This document shows, in pieces, positions 10,042-19,806 of a stretch of 64,000 nt of DNA. A program made the position numbers and the translations under genes. The number at the start of each line of letters is the position of its first letter. Position 1 is the first letter of the stretch. The stretch is from a virus (taxonomy: Duplodnaviria; Caudoviricetes): positions 59,976 through 123,975 of IMG/VR virus record IMGVR_UViG_3300020577_004340. The stretch is one strand, 5' to 3'. The notes under the pieces were generated by a model. The model had not been told where the DNA came from. It made no database searches and saw only the letters and a list, made by a program, of their open reading frames with translations.

Positions 10042-10587
10042 ATGCACACCTTAGCGAAAAATCAACATCATAATGTACGGTTAATAGAATATTGTTTGAC
10101 GAAAGCATATCCAGATGGAATTATTACTGTTGAACGATTAATAAATGACAATTTAGTAAATGGCACACAGGTAGCCGAATTGGCAATTAGTAAAACCTCT
10201 GGCGTTGCAATGTGTACCCAAGGCGTTGGTAGAGATTTAGTTGACAATACCGACGTTAAGACGACGACTGTATATGCGCATAATACAAAATCTTGGGAAA
10301 TTAAAGATAAAAAACGAACTGGCAACTTTAAAGCTGGGATTGAACATGTTGCAAGAGTAACGGGTATCAATTGTAAAATTGGAGCCTTGAGAATTATAGC
10401 ATATAATCCATTTTTTGAACGATGGTATTTTTTAATTGTGCCTAATTCTATTTACCATGGATTGTATGAAGTTACATTGCGATTTTCCAAAGAAAATGGC
10501 GATATTATAGGAAAATATATACCATATGAAGTACCTACGTGGGAAGAATTATGCCGACCAATACAATTTGAAATAAGAAAATATTAA
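10042..10587 (+). CDS. Putative PD-(D/E)XK nuclease
   Basis: AE...RDLVDNTDVKT spacing resembles a restriction-endonuclease-like core. Confidence 0.35.
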   Translation: MHTLAKNQHHNVRLIEYCLTKAYPDGIITVERLINDNLVNGTQVAELAISKTSGVAMCTQGVGRDLVDNTDVKTTTVYAHNTKSWEIKDKKRTGNFKAGIEHVARVTGINCKIGALRIIAYNPFFERWYFLIVPNSIYHGLYEVTLRFSKENGDIIGKYIPYEVPTWEELCRPIQFEIRKY

Positions 10588-10592
10588 TAAAA

Positions 10593-10625
10593 TTTGGAAA
10601 TATGAAATATTTTTACATATATTAC
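10593..10625 (+). promoter_or_regulatory. Bacteroidota-type promoter (variant -7 box)
   Basis: TTTG-N21-TATATTAC upstream of queE. Confidence 0.55.
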
Positions 10626-10639
10626 GAAAAAATAAAAAG

Positions 10640-11506
10640 ATGACAAAGATATTACCAAATAAATTACTTGTAAGTGAAAAATTTCTTTCAATTCAAGGAG
10701 AAGGAATTACCACAGGCGTACCGGCATACTTTATTCGATTAGCTAATTGTAATTTGCAATGTGGAAGTTCCATTAAATTTTTAAATTCAATAAAAAAAGG
10801 AACTGTAATACCAGACCCGAGTAAGCCATTTGTTGGCGATTTAGAAGAATCTGGTGAAGCTACTTGGTCATGTGATTCAACTGCTGTATGGTTGAGAGGT
10901 AACTATGTTGAATTTCAAGATATTATAGATGATTGGAAAGCTCAAGGAATTTATGACGACATTGAATCTGGACTGATTCATATAATATGGACAGGAGGTG
11001 AACCAACAATTAAACAACATCAAGAAAGTATTTATAATTTCAATGAATACTGGAAAGATATGGTATATGGTAACTCACCAGCATACCAACACTCTACTTT
11101 CCAGGCAATGACTCCATTCCAAGAAATTGAAACGAATGGTACTAATTTATTAACATATGACTTGTTTGTAGGTATTAATCAAATTAATTGTTCTCCTAAA
11201 TTATCAAATTCCGGAATGGCAGCTAAACAACGTATCAATCCTAATGTTATCACACAATTCAAAAATCATTGGAATGTCCAATTTAAATTTGTAGTATCAA
11301 CTGAAGATGATATAATTGAAATGTTTAATGATTTTATTACCCCATTTAATATTCCACTAAAAAATGTGGTATGTATGCCAGCATTAACTTCACAAAAAGA
11401 TTTCTTTGAACGTACAAAATGGATAATGGAAATGGCAAAAAAATATAAATTTATTGGATTGACGAGAAATCATATTGCGGCATGGAATGAATTAACTGGA
11501 GTTTAA
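10640..11506 (+). CDS. queE: 7-carboxy-7-deazaguanine synthase (radical SAM)
   Basis: SIQGEG..TG.PA.FIRL..CNL.C, WSCDS, TGGEP, IETNGT, CSPK, KFVV. Confidence 0.9.
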   Translation: MTKILPNKLLVSEKFLSIQGEGITTGVPAYFIRLANCNLQCGSSIKFLNSIKKGTVIPDPSKPFVGDLEESGEATWSCDSTAVWLRGNYVEFQDIIDDWKAQGIYDDIESGLIHIIWTGGEPTIKQHQESIYNFNEYWKDMVYGNSPAYQHSTFQAMTPFQEIETNGTNLLTYDLFVGINQINCSPKLSNSGMAAKQRINPNVITQFKNHWNVQFKFVVSTEDDIIEMFNDFITPFNIPLKNVVCMPALTSQKDFFERTKWIMEMAKKYKFIGLTRNHIAAWNELTGV

Positions 11507-11847
11507 TGACAAAAAGAGAGGTATTTGAATATATTACTAAAACATATCCCAAATACATTTCTAGAGAAAGTGAAGTATTAGATGAAGTATATATATGGAT
11601 TGTTGAACCATATAAACATTATTTAGATATTGTTGAATTACTATTTTATTTAAATAAGAATGGTTGGGCATGCACATATTATAAATCTATACTGTATAAC
11701 AACTCAAAGAAAAGAGATATATTTGTAAAAACCGAAGTATTGGATGCTATTAATAGGAAGATATTTTATAAATTATATCTATCATTTACTCCGAAAGATA
11801 AATTAAATTACGATTTAAATATAATAAAGAAAAAAAATAGAATATGA
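11506..11847 (+). CDS. Hypothetical protein
   Basis: ORF translationally coupled to queE and dut. Confidence 0.55.
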   Translation: MTKREVFEYITKTYPKYISRESEVLDEVYIWIVEPYKHYLDIVELLFYLNKNGWACTYYKSILYNNSKKRDIFVKTEVLDAINRKIFYKLYLSFTPKDKLNYDLNIIKKKNRI

Positions 11848-12281
11848 TAGTCAAAGTTAAAAAAAATGATAAAATGCCCCCATTAGCGTATGCAACAGAT
11901 GGGTCAGCAGGATTTGATATTGCAGCATCGGATACAGTTGTAATAAATCCAGGAGAAACTAAATTGATTCCAACTGGTATATTTATGGAAATACCTCCAA
12001 ATTGGGAATTACAGATTAGACCGAGAAGTGGCGTCACATTAAAGACTAAATTAAGAATTGCCAATTCTCCTGCCACAATCGATTCTGATTTTCGTGGCGA
12101 GATTCTTGTATTGATTGACCATATTGGGTTAAAAGGAGATTCTGAACCCGTAACAATAACTCCAGGGTATAGAATTGCTCAAGGAGTGTTAATGCCTGTA
12201 AGGCGTGCTACATTCGTGTATGTGGATGATCTCTCCACTACGGATAGAGGTGATGGTGGATTTGGAAGTACTGGAGTTTAA
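11844..12281 (+). CDS. dut: Trimeric dUTPase
   Basis: AGFDI, RPRSG, TIDSDFRGEI, RIAQ, RGDGGFGSTG. Confidence 0.96.
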   Translation: MIVKVKKNDKMPPLAYATDGSAGFDIAASDTVVINPGETKLIPTGIFMEIPPNWELQIRPRSGVTLKTKLRIANSPATIDSDFRGEILVLIDHIGLKGDSEPVTITPGYRIAQGVLMPVRRATFVYVDDLSTTDRGDGGFGSTGV

Positions 12282-12321
12282 AAAATAAAAAATAGTAATA
12301 TTTATATAAAAAGGTTTTAAA

Positions 12322-12540
12322 ATGGCGAAAACTAACACGAAAGATTCAACACAACCAAATTTAATTGACAGCGATATTGAGATTCCAGGGAACGACAATA
12401 TAGGTGATTCTACTGATTTATCTAAATTAACACAAAAAGTAGAAGCCGTCTCAACTAGAAATGATTATACAAAAGTACCTTTAACTAAAGGGCAATTAAA
12501 ATCAATGAGCCACCAGGCCGTTGAATTATATTACAAATAA
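12322..12540 (+). CDS. Small hypothetical protein
   Basis: 72-aa ORF with A-rich leader. Confidence 0.5.
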   Translation: MAKTNTKDSTQPNLIDSDIEIPGNDNIGDSTDLSKLTQKVEAVSTRNDYTKVPLTKGQLKSMSHQAVELYYK

Positions 12541-12543
12541 TTT

Positions 12544-13281
12544 ATGAGTATTTTTGAAGGAATTAGCGTTGTCAATGGGGAATTAAATTTTGATTGGGGT
12601 AAAGACTCGAGTCAAGATGTAATTCCTTTGAAAATACAGAACTACAATAAGCGGGTATCAACAATATCTAAATTCCCATATTATCTGGCATATCGTTTTC
12701 CTAAAACAGTCCCCAAAGAATCTAAAGATCGAGTTAGGGAATTAATAAAATATTTAAAGACTCCTAAAACAAAAGATGTTGAATTGATGGTTAATAAGGC
12801 AGTTATGCAATTTAATAATATTGATTCGTTAAATTCATATGATACTGTTGTATTACCCCAATCAAGTAGCGTCTTATTAAAATTGATATTATCAAAAATA
12901 AAGCCTAAATTAAATCAACATGTCACGATTACCAACCAAGCAATTGTAAAATTGCATGCAAGTGAAGTGACATTTAAAATGGATAAATTTGAAAAGTTAA
13001 ACGACATACAAAAGAAAGCATTTGTAAAGGCTGTAATGTCAAAGAAAAATTTAGATAATTTCAAAATGACAAATCTCCACGCCAGACAACGTTCATTAAT
13101 TGACCAGTTTTTATCATTATCCAATGATTTTTGGATTAGTAAGATTGTAAATAAGAAAGTATTATTTATTGATGATATAACCACAACGGGTGCAACAGTT
13201 GCAGCAGCTTCAAAATTATTATTGGATAAAGGTGCTAATAAAGTAATGTCTTTTATATTCTTAGGCCAACAAGATATTTAA
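12544..13281 (+). CDS. Type I phosphoribosyltransferase-domain protein
   Basis: PRPP-binding motif VLFIDDITTTGAT; LPQSSS loop. Confidence 0.75.
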   Translation: MSIFEGISVVNGELNFDWGKDSSQDVIPLKIQNYNKRVSTISKFPYYLAYRFPKTVPKESKDRVRELIKYLKTPKTKDVELMVNKAVMQFNNIDSLNSYDTVVLPQSSSVLLKLILSKIKPKLNQHVTITNQAIVKLHASEVTFKMDKFEKLNDIQKKAFVKAVMSKKNLDNFKMTNLHARQRSLIDQFLSLSNDFWISKIVNKKVLFIDDITTTGATVAAASKLLLDKGANKVMSFIFLGQQDI

Positions 13282-13284
13282 ATA

Positions 13285-13316
13285 TTTGGAAAATTGATAT
13301 TAAATATATATCTTTG
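13285..13316 (+). promoter_or_regulatory. Bacteroidota sigma70-type promoter
   Basis: TTTG-N20-TATCTTTG. Confidence 0.7.
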
Positions 13317-13583
13317 TTGAAAATTATTTTATATGATAACTAAGAGAGCTTTCAAGAAATCTAGAGTTTGGGAAACATTTATTATTGAATTGGAAGATAT
13401 TAATACAAAAGCTATTCAGAAAATGGAGGTGGATGGTACATATTCATTGATGAGAATGAAGGCATTTCAATTAATGGGTCCTGGCATGTTGATAAAAGAT
13501 ATCTATCGAAAAAATAAATAAATTATGAAAAATAAAAATCTAGATGTGATTACTTTTAAATAATATAATACTAAAATTATCAT

Positions 13584-13973
13584 ATGATAACGGCTTTTAA
13601 AATTGCTAAATTTAAAAAGGATGATGTCGGTTTTACTAAAACTGGCTATGATGAATATATCGTGACATATATATTAGGTCCAAAAGCTCATCAATTACGC
13701 ATCGTTGTTAATGGATTTATAACCAAACAAACTATCAATTTAATTAACGGAAATTCAGGATATAAAAATAATATATTATTGGGTATTAAGGAATATCTTG
13801 AGTTAAAATCAATCCCGACTAATAAAGTAGTGAAAAAGATTACACTACACTATTTAGAACAAATCTATTCTAAACGCCTTGTTAATAATATCAAAACACA
13901 TCTAATAAACATTAACAAGGAAGAATCACGTGATAAACTAACTAAACTTGGTTTTGTTGACAATGTTATATAA
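13584..13973 (+). CDS. Hypothetical protein
   Basis: 129-aa ORF. Confidence 0.55.
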   Translation: MITAFKIAKFKKDDVGFTKTGYDEYIVTYILGPKAHQLRIVVNGFITKQTINLINGNSGYKNNILLGIKEYLELKSIPTNKVVKKITLHYLEQIYSKRLVNNIKTHLININKEESRDKLTKLGFVDNVI

Positions 13974-14217
13974 TAATTAAAATTTTAAAATATGTTAAAA
14001 GACAAATCAGAAATACCTAATTATGATTATATGGCATCAATTCTTAAAGAATCTGGGTGGGAAACGTGGTACCATGATGACAATTGGATCAAAGTGGAAT
14101 GGGTTCAACAAGGAAAACGATATGATATGATGGGGCGGTCAACGGAAAGTGCATATAAAAATGTTATTTCTTTACAAAACAAACCGCCGATTTAAATTAA
14201 AAATAACCAGAGAAAAA

Positions 14218-14249
14218 TTTGGATATTTGAATTATTTTACTTATATTTA
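14218..14249 (+). promoter_or_regulatory. Bacteroidota-type promoter (variant -7 box) for the folE-dpdA-polB operon
   Basis: TTTG-N20-TATATTTA. Confidence 0.6.
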
Positions 14250-14275
14250 AATATAAATAAACAAATAAATAATAA

Positions 14276-14896
14276 ATGAGTGATATTTTATTAAAATACG
14301 CTAATGATAACATTCAATTAACCCATACTGAACGGGAGAATGTTATAACAAAAGCTGCCGAGGCATATGCTTTATTTTTAGATGCATTGCAAATTGATTG
14401 GAAAAATGACCCTAATTCGAGTAATACCCCATTACGAGTAGCTAAATCGTATGTTAATGATTTGATAACTGGTTGTTATGTACCGCCACCAGATGCTACA
14501 GCATTTGATAATTTACAGAATTATGATGGCATAGTATGTCAGACAAATATAGAAGTGAATTCAATATGTTCACACCACCACCTTCCATTCATTGGGAAAG
14601 CCCACGTTGCATACATCCCCGGTAAAAAAGTAGTTGGGTTATCAAAGCTAAATAGAATTGTTGAGTGGTTCTCTAGACGACCACAAGTCCAAGAAAATTT
14701 AACAATGCAAATACATGATTTTGTAAATGTAATATGTGAAGGAAATGGGGGTGTAGCTGTAATGATTGAATGTAATCATTTATGTGCATGTCTACGTGGG
14801 GTGAAACATGATTCTGTAATGAAGACGGCAAAATTGTCTGGTGCATTTAAAACAGATGAAATGGCTAGAGAAGAATTTTATAATTTTGTAAAATAA
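14276..14896 (+). CDS. folE: GTP cyclohydrolase I
   Basis: TPLRVAK, SICSHHHLPFIG, GLSKLNRIV, RRPQVQE, HLCACLRGV. Confidence 0.95.
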   Translation: MSDILLKYANDNIQLTHTERENVITKAAEAYALFLDALQIDWKNDPNSSNTPLRVAKSYVNDLITGCYVPPPDATAFDNLQNYDGIVCQTNIEVNSICSHHHLPFIGKAHVAYIPGKKVVGLSKLNRIVEWFSRRPQVQENLTMQIHDFVNVICEGNGGVAVMIECNHLCACLRGVKHDSVMKTAKLSGAFKTDEMAREEFYNFVK

Positions 14897-14904
14897 TATA
14901 AAAA

Positions 14905-15252
14905 ATGCACACTTCAATATTTGTAACATTGCAATTAGAAGGATTACATCGATGGCCATTAGCAAATGAAATTCAACCAGAAGTTGGATTCTTAAGTAAT
15001 GTGCATCGACACATGTTTCATTTTTATTTAGAAAAATTAGTTTATCATGATGATCGTGATATTGAATTTATTATGTTTAAGCGTGACGTCACATCATATT
15101 TATTAAAAACATATATGAATAGTAATGGAGTATTAGATTTTGATTCAAAGAGTTGCGAAATGATAGCAATTGATTTATTAAATAAATTTAAATGCACAAT
15201 TGTATCAGTTTCCGAAGATGGGGAAAATGGTGCTAAAATAACTGCTATATGA
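14905..15252 (+). CDS. QueD-like T-fold protein, DpdL-like (putative CDG decarboxylase)
   Basis: EGLHRWP, LSNVHRHMF (LxxxHRHxF), DRDIEFI, SCEMIA, VSEDGENG; lies between folE and dpdA. DpdL signature recalled from literature and needs HMM confirmation. Confidence 0.7.
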   Translation: MHTSIFVTLQLEGLHRWPLANEIQPEVGFLSNVHRHMFHFYLEKLVYHDDRDIEFIMFKRDVTSYLLKTYMNSNGVLDFDSKSCEMIAIDLLNKFKCTIVSVSEDGENGAKITAI

Positions 15253-16235
15253 TTCATTATTTACCATTAGAACATATTGATTCTAGATATACTTGTCATA
15301 TGGATTTTGATATAGTTAATTATTTAAATCAAGAAAATATTGATTATAATCGAATATATCCTGATATAGATGTATATCCACTTAAACCAGGTCAATTTTT
15401 GGAATCATCAACAACTATTAAATTTAAAAATTTACAATTATCTGAAATCTCTGATGGGTATTATTCAGATAAAATACTGTCAGAAGATGTTATTTGGTCA
15501 AGTGATTTGTGGTTTCCTGGTATTGAATCAATTGGATATTTGAATTTATTTCACAAAAAAAACATTAAATTACAAGGATTACTACATGCAGGATCTTGGA
15601 CAACTTCAGATTCAATTTCTAAGATTGAACGTTGGGGGAAATATTTTGAGGAAATGGTATTTGATATATCAGAAAAGTTGTTTGTTGCAAGTGAGTTTAT
15701 AAAAAATGATATTTTGCAAAAGCGGAATGTACCGGCAGATAAATTAATTGTAACGCCGTTTCCGTTAGATTCAAAATTGAAAAATTATAAACCAATTGCT
15801 GAAAAAGAAGATATTATATTGTTTACTGGGCGAAATCATCCAGAAAAACAGCCTTGGTTATTTAATGAATTACGAACGATATTAGAAAAGAAATATCCTA
15901 CATATAAATTTATATGGACATTGGATTCGAATTTAACAAAAGATGAATATTACACATTATTAAATAAATCAAAATATATAGTTAGCTTCGCCTTGCAAGA
16001 AAATTTTGGGTATAGCATTGCTGAAGCAGTTTATTTAGGTGTAATTCCAATACTACCAAATCAAGTAGTATATCCTGAATTTTATAATGAGGCTTATTTA
16101 TACACTACATTTACTCAATGCGTTGAATTATTAGATAGTTTAATGTCAAACGAAACTAAACCAACAATTGCTCCATTTAAAATCAATTCATTTAAGCAAT
16201 TAAATCACCAATCATTACATAATTGGTTTAACTGA
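15249..16235 (+). CDS. GT-B (GT4-like) glycosyltransferase
   Basis: LHAGSW, FTGRNHPEKQP, ExxxxxxxE motif QENFGYSIAE. Confidence 0.8.
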   Translation: MIHYLPLEHIDSRYTCHMDFDIVNYLNQENIDYNRIYPDIDVYPLKPGQFLESSTTIKFKNLQLSEISDGYYSDKILSEDVIWSSDLWFPGIESIGYLNLFHKKNIKLQGLLHAGSWTTSDSISKIERWGKYFEEMVFDISEKLFVASEFIKNDILQKRNVPADKLIVTPFPLDSKLKNYKPIAEKEDIILFTGRNHPEKQPWLFNELRTILEKKYPTYKFIWTLDSNLTKDEYYTLLNKSKYIVSFALQENFGYSIAEAVYLGVIPILPNQVVYPEFYNEAYLYTTFTQCVELLDSLMSNETKPTIAPFKINSFKQLNHQSLHNWFN

Positions 16236-16251
16236 ACATAACAATATTTTT

Positions 16252-17484
16252 ATGAATAAAAAATTTATTTATTTTCCATCATTCTCTGCAGGGGAAATGG
16301 GTGGTGGTTTAAGCAAAAACACAATACTACGAAATGATCTACCATCGAGATTTTATTCAACCGATTTTCCAGAAAAATACCGACATCCGTATTTTTTAAC
16401 TACTGCTGGCCATTTTTATAAGAAAAAAAATTTTAAAACTACTTGGGGATTTACTGATAATCCTGATGTTCTGTTATTAGGCGATTCAGGAGGATATCAA
16501 ATTGCTGCTGGGACTATTAAATGGGATAAAAATATTGTCCCAGTTATATTAGATTGGTTGGAATGTAATTCACATATTGCAATGAATTTGGATATACCCC
16601 CTAGATTAAAATATGTTGATAAATTTGATGAATGTTTAGATATTAGCATTCAAAATTTTAAATACTTTTCCGAAAATAGATCTGGGCAAACTAAATTTTT
16701 AAATGTTTTGCAAGGAAATTCAGACGTATCATATGATAAATGGTATAATAATGTTAAATCATTTGATTTTGATGGGTGGGGTATTGGAGGATGCGGTGGA
16801 TCATTGTATCGATTTATGGCAGGAATAATGGTGTTATTAGAAGGTAAAGAACATTATAATGTCAACAATAAATATTTACATATATTAGGAACTAGTAAAA
16901 TTATAGATTTTTTGATTCTATCTCAATTACAAAAATCATTAGATAAATGTAACTCAAAAATACAAGTAACTACTGACTCGTCAACGCCAAGTCGTGCTAC
17001 TGTTTTTGGTATGTTTTATAATGACGCTAATTTAAGAAGGGGGTCTTTTTCATCAATACATTTTCCAAAAGAAAGAGGTGATTCAATTAAAAATAAGAGT
17101 GTACATTCAACAAATTCATTACGTGATAGTGTAAGTTTAATGCCTGAAATTATTGAATTTGATACTCTCTTGCAAGGGGCATATACCCAAGATGATTTAA
17201 TTAATTGGACTAGTGAAGCATATATATCTTTAGTATTGCATAATTTCATGTTCTTCAATTCTATTATTGATAAAATTAATATGTATGTTGATGGGCATCC
17301 GTATATTCTTGAACAAGTTATAAATCCTGATTCATTTCTCATATTAAAATCAATTGACGAGATGGTGCTGGCGTATGAAAATGGAACTACTCCTCGAAAA
17401 GTTTTTGATTCATATAAACAATTGTATTATAAATTGTCAAACACTAATATCCCGACTACTACTATTCAACATTCATTTTTTTAA
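16252..17484 (+). CDS. dpdA: TGT-fold DNA-guanine transglycosylase-like protein (DpdA family)
   Basis: LGDSGGYQ, MNLDIPP, NVLQG, GWGIGG, HILG, TTDSSTP; inside the folE/que cluster. Confidence 0.8.
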   Translation: MNKKFIYFPSFSAGEMGGGLSKNTILRNDLPSRFYSTDFPEKYRHPYFLTTAGHFYKKKNFKTTWGFTDNPDVLLLGDSGGYQIAAGTIKWDKNIVPVILDWLECNSHIAMNLDIPPRLKYVDKFDECLDISIQNFKYFSENRSGQTKFLNVLQGNSDVSYDKWYNNVKSFDFDGWGIGGCGGSLYRFMAGIMVLLEGKEHYNVNNKYLHILGTSKIIDFLILSQLQKSLDKCNSKIQVTTDSSTPSRATVFGMFYNDANLRRGSFSSIHFPKERGDSIKNKSVHSTNSLRDSVSLMPEIIEFDTLLQGAYTQDDLINWTSEAYISLVLHNFMFFNSIIDKINMYVDGHPYILEQVINPDSFLILKSIDEMVLAYENGTTPRKVFDSYKQLYYKLSNTNIPTTTIQHSFF

Positions 17485-17493
17485 AATAATTTA

Positions 17494-19590
17494 ATGTATC
17501 AAAATATATATTTCGATAAATTCCAAAATGAAATCCATATTTGGGATGACAAGACGGGGTATGACCGAGTTAAATTCAAAAATTATGCTTATTTATTAAA
17601 TGATACTGGAGATTACACTACAATTGATGGGGCAAGATGTAATAAGGTATATAGTTGGTCTGAAACTGCTGTTAAAACTAAAATGGTATGTGAACATGAT
17701 GTTCCGGAGACAACTAGATATTTAATTGATAGATATGGAGATTCAGATGCCGTTTCTGATAATGTAATTACAATGTTCTTTGACATTGAGGTAGCTAAAG
17801 AGGGAAAATATAGTACGCCAGAAGATGCAAACAATACAATTACATCAATTGCATATTATACTGAATTGCATGGTTACCATACATTGTTATTGGATAAACA
17901 TAATCCACCTAGAACATACACAACGATAATTAAACCAGATAAAAAAGAACTTAGTATAGAGGTTAAAACATTTAATGATGAAAAATCATTATTGTTTGCT
18001 TTTTTAAAGGAATACCGAAATATTAGCCCCCATATATTAACTGGTTGGAATATTGATTACTATGATATTCCTTATTTATACAACAGAATGATAAATGTTT
18101 TGGATGTTCAATATGCCAATCAATTATCACCTATAAATAAAGTCAGAGTAAAGAAATATGACAATAACAATATAATTCAAATTGCAGGGGTTACCGCATT
18201 AGATTACTTGATGTTGTATAAGAAATTTACTTATGCGGAGCAATCTAATTATAGATTAAATACAATATCTAATATAGAGCTTAAACGTTCTAAAATAGAA
18301 TATACAGGGGATTTAGATTATTTATATTCAACTGATATTAATAAATTTATCGAATATAATGTTGTCGACGTTGATTTAGTATTGGAACTAGATAGAAAAT
18401 TAGATTTAATTAATATAGCTAGGGGTATATGCCATAAAGGACATGTGTCATACGATGATATCGTTTTTACTAGTAAATATCTGGATGGTGCAGCATTGAC
18501 ATATTGTCGTAGAAACAATTTAATTGCAACCAGTACCAGAACAAGTGGAGAATCAACAACTGCTGAAGGGGCATATGTAAAAGACCCAACGCCTGGGTTG
18601 TATAAATGGGTATATGATTTGGATTTAACATCATTATATCCAATGAATATTATTAGTCTAAATATTTCACCTGAGACTAAATTCGCAAAAATATTAAATT
18701 GGGATGAAGAGGATTATGTTAATTCCCCTAATAAATTGTATAATATTAAATTATTCCGAGATGATACTGTTTTAGGAAATTTTAGTAATGAATTTGGAGT
18801 AAAAAGCGATTCAGTTAGAATATCTGGTAGCCAAGCTTTGTTGGAATTTGTTAAAAAACATAATTTATCAATTGCATCCAATGGAGTGATGTACACATTA
18901 GATAAGATTGGATTGATACCAGCAATATTAGATACTTGGTTTGCTGATAGAGATGATTTTAAAAATTTACGAAAGCAATATGAAAAGTCGGGTGATTTAG
19001 TCTTGGCTGCATATTATGATAAGCAGCAATTAATTACTAAAATTATGTTGAACTCTTTTTATGGGGTGTTATTGCTTGAATCATTTAGAGTTTATGACAT
19101 AGACAGCGGCGAAGCGGTTACAATTACTGGAAAATCGGTAATTAAATGGGGAAGTAAAATGGCTAATTATTTCTATAATAAAAAGTTAGGAAATGAACAT
19201 ATTACAGATTATACTATATATATTGATACGGATTCGGTAGCGGGTGATTCAAACATTATAGTTAACGGGGATACCCCCAGAACGTTAGATGATGTATTTG
19301 CAGATTCAATTAAAAATTCGTATTTTGTAGACTCCAATCATAGAGAATTTACATTTCCATCAATTAAATTGCCATATTATGATGAATCTACAAAATCAGT
19401 TAAATTAGGAGATGTTGAATATATTGAGCGCCATTACATAAAAAAGCGAAGATACAAAATTACACTAAAATCTGGAAAGCATATAGTAGTGACCGAAGAT
19501 CATAGTGTTATGGTGGAATTGGATAATGGGGAGTTGGTACAAAAATTGACTAAAGATCTAACAATATCCGATAAAGTAATTTCTATTTAA
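17494..19590 (+). CDS. Family B DNA polymerase N-terminal precursor (N-extein plus split-intein N-half)
   Basis: ExoI FFDIE, ExoII GWNIDYYDIPY, motif A DLTSLYP, motif B KIMLNSFYG, ends at YIDTD followed by intein sequence. Confidence 0.93.
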   Translation: MYQNIYFDKFQNEIHIWDDKTGYDRVKFKNYAYLLNDTGDYTTIDGARCNKVYSWSETAVKTKMVCEHDVPETTRYLIDRYGDSDAVSDNVITMFFDIEVAKEGKYSTPEDANNTITSIAYYTELHGYHTLLLDKHNPPRTYTTIIKPDKKELSIEVKTFNDEKSLLFAFLKEYRNISPHILTGWNIDYYDIPYLYNRMINVLDVQYANQLSPINKVRVKKYDNNNIIQIAGVTALDYLMLYKKFTYAEQSNYRLNTISNIELKRSKIEYTGDLDYLYSTDINKFIEYNVVDVDLVLELDRKLDLINIARGICHKGHVSYDDIVFTSKYLDGAALTYCRRNNLIATSTRTSGESTTAEGAYVKDPTPGLYKWVYDLDLTSLYPMNIISLNISPETKFAKILNWDEEDYVNSPNKLYNIKLFRDDTVLGNFSNEFGVKSDSVRISGSQALLEFVKKHNLSIASNGVMYTLDKIGLIPAILDTWFADRDDFKNLRKQYEKSGDLVLAAYYDKQQLITKIMLNSFYGVLLLESFRVYDIDSGEAVTITGKSVIKWGSKMANYFYNKKLGNEHITDYTIYIDTDSVAGDSNIIVNGDTPRTLDDVFADSIKNSYFVDSNHREFTFPSIKLPYYDESTKSVKLGDVEYIERHYIKKRRYKITLKSGKHIVVTEDHSVMVELDNGELVQKLTKDLTISDKVISI
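19234..19587 (+). mobile_element. Split intein N-half (118 aa, Ser1)
   Basis: Starts SVAGDS directly after YIDTD; block B VVTEDHS; ends DLTISDKVISI-stop; contains no Cys. Confidence 0.88.
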
Positions 19591-19591
19591 A

Positions 19592-19693
19592 CAACATCCA
19601 GATATCGAGGATGTTCTTATAATATGGGAAAGTGATTTTAGAAACAACAAAACTGAAACAATTAAAAAATGTCTAGAATTTATAAACCAGTAA
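19592..19693 (+). pseudogene. Relic C-terminus of a Vsr/DUF559-like endonuclease gene
   Basis: Alternate frame reads QHPDIEDVLIIWESDFRNNKTETIKKCLEFINQ-stop with no start codon; overlaps the intein-C start. Confidence 0.6.
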
Positions 19694-19806
19694 CAGATGA
19701 AATTTCTTCAATCGAAGAGTTGCCATTGGAAGATGTGTATATGTATGACATTGGGATGAAAGATAGTCCCCACACCTTTTTTGCCAATAATATATTGGTA
19801 CACAAC
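19669..19806 (+). mobile_element. Split intein C-half (46 aa)
   Basis: Block F YMYDIGM..PHTFFAN and terminal VHN with Ser+1. Confidence 0.88.

Noticed and set aside
19588-19668. Stop-codon readthrough or alternative genetic code joining the PolB halves
   Set aside because: The halves are in the same frame, but TAA, TGA and TAG all occur in frame between them, and other genes are intact in code 11
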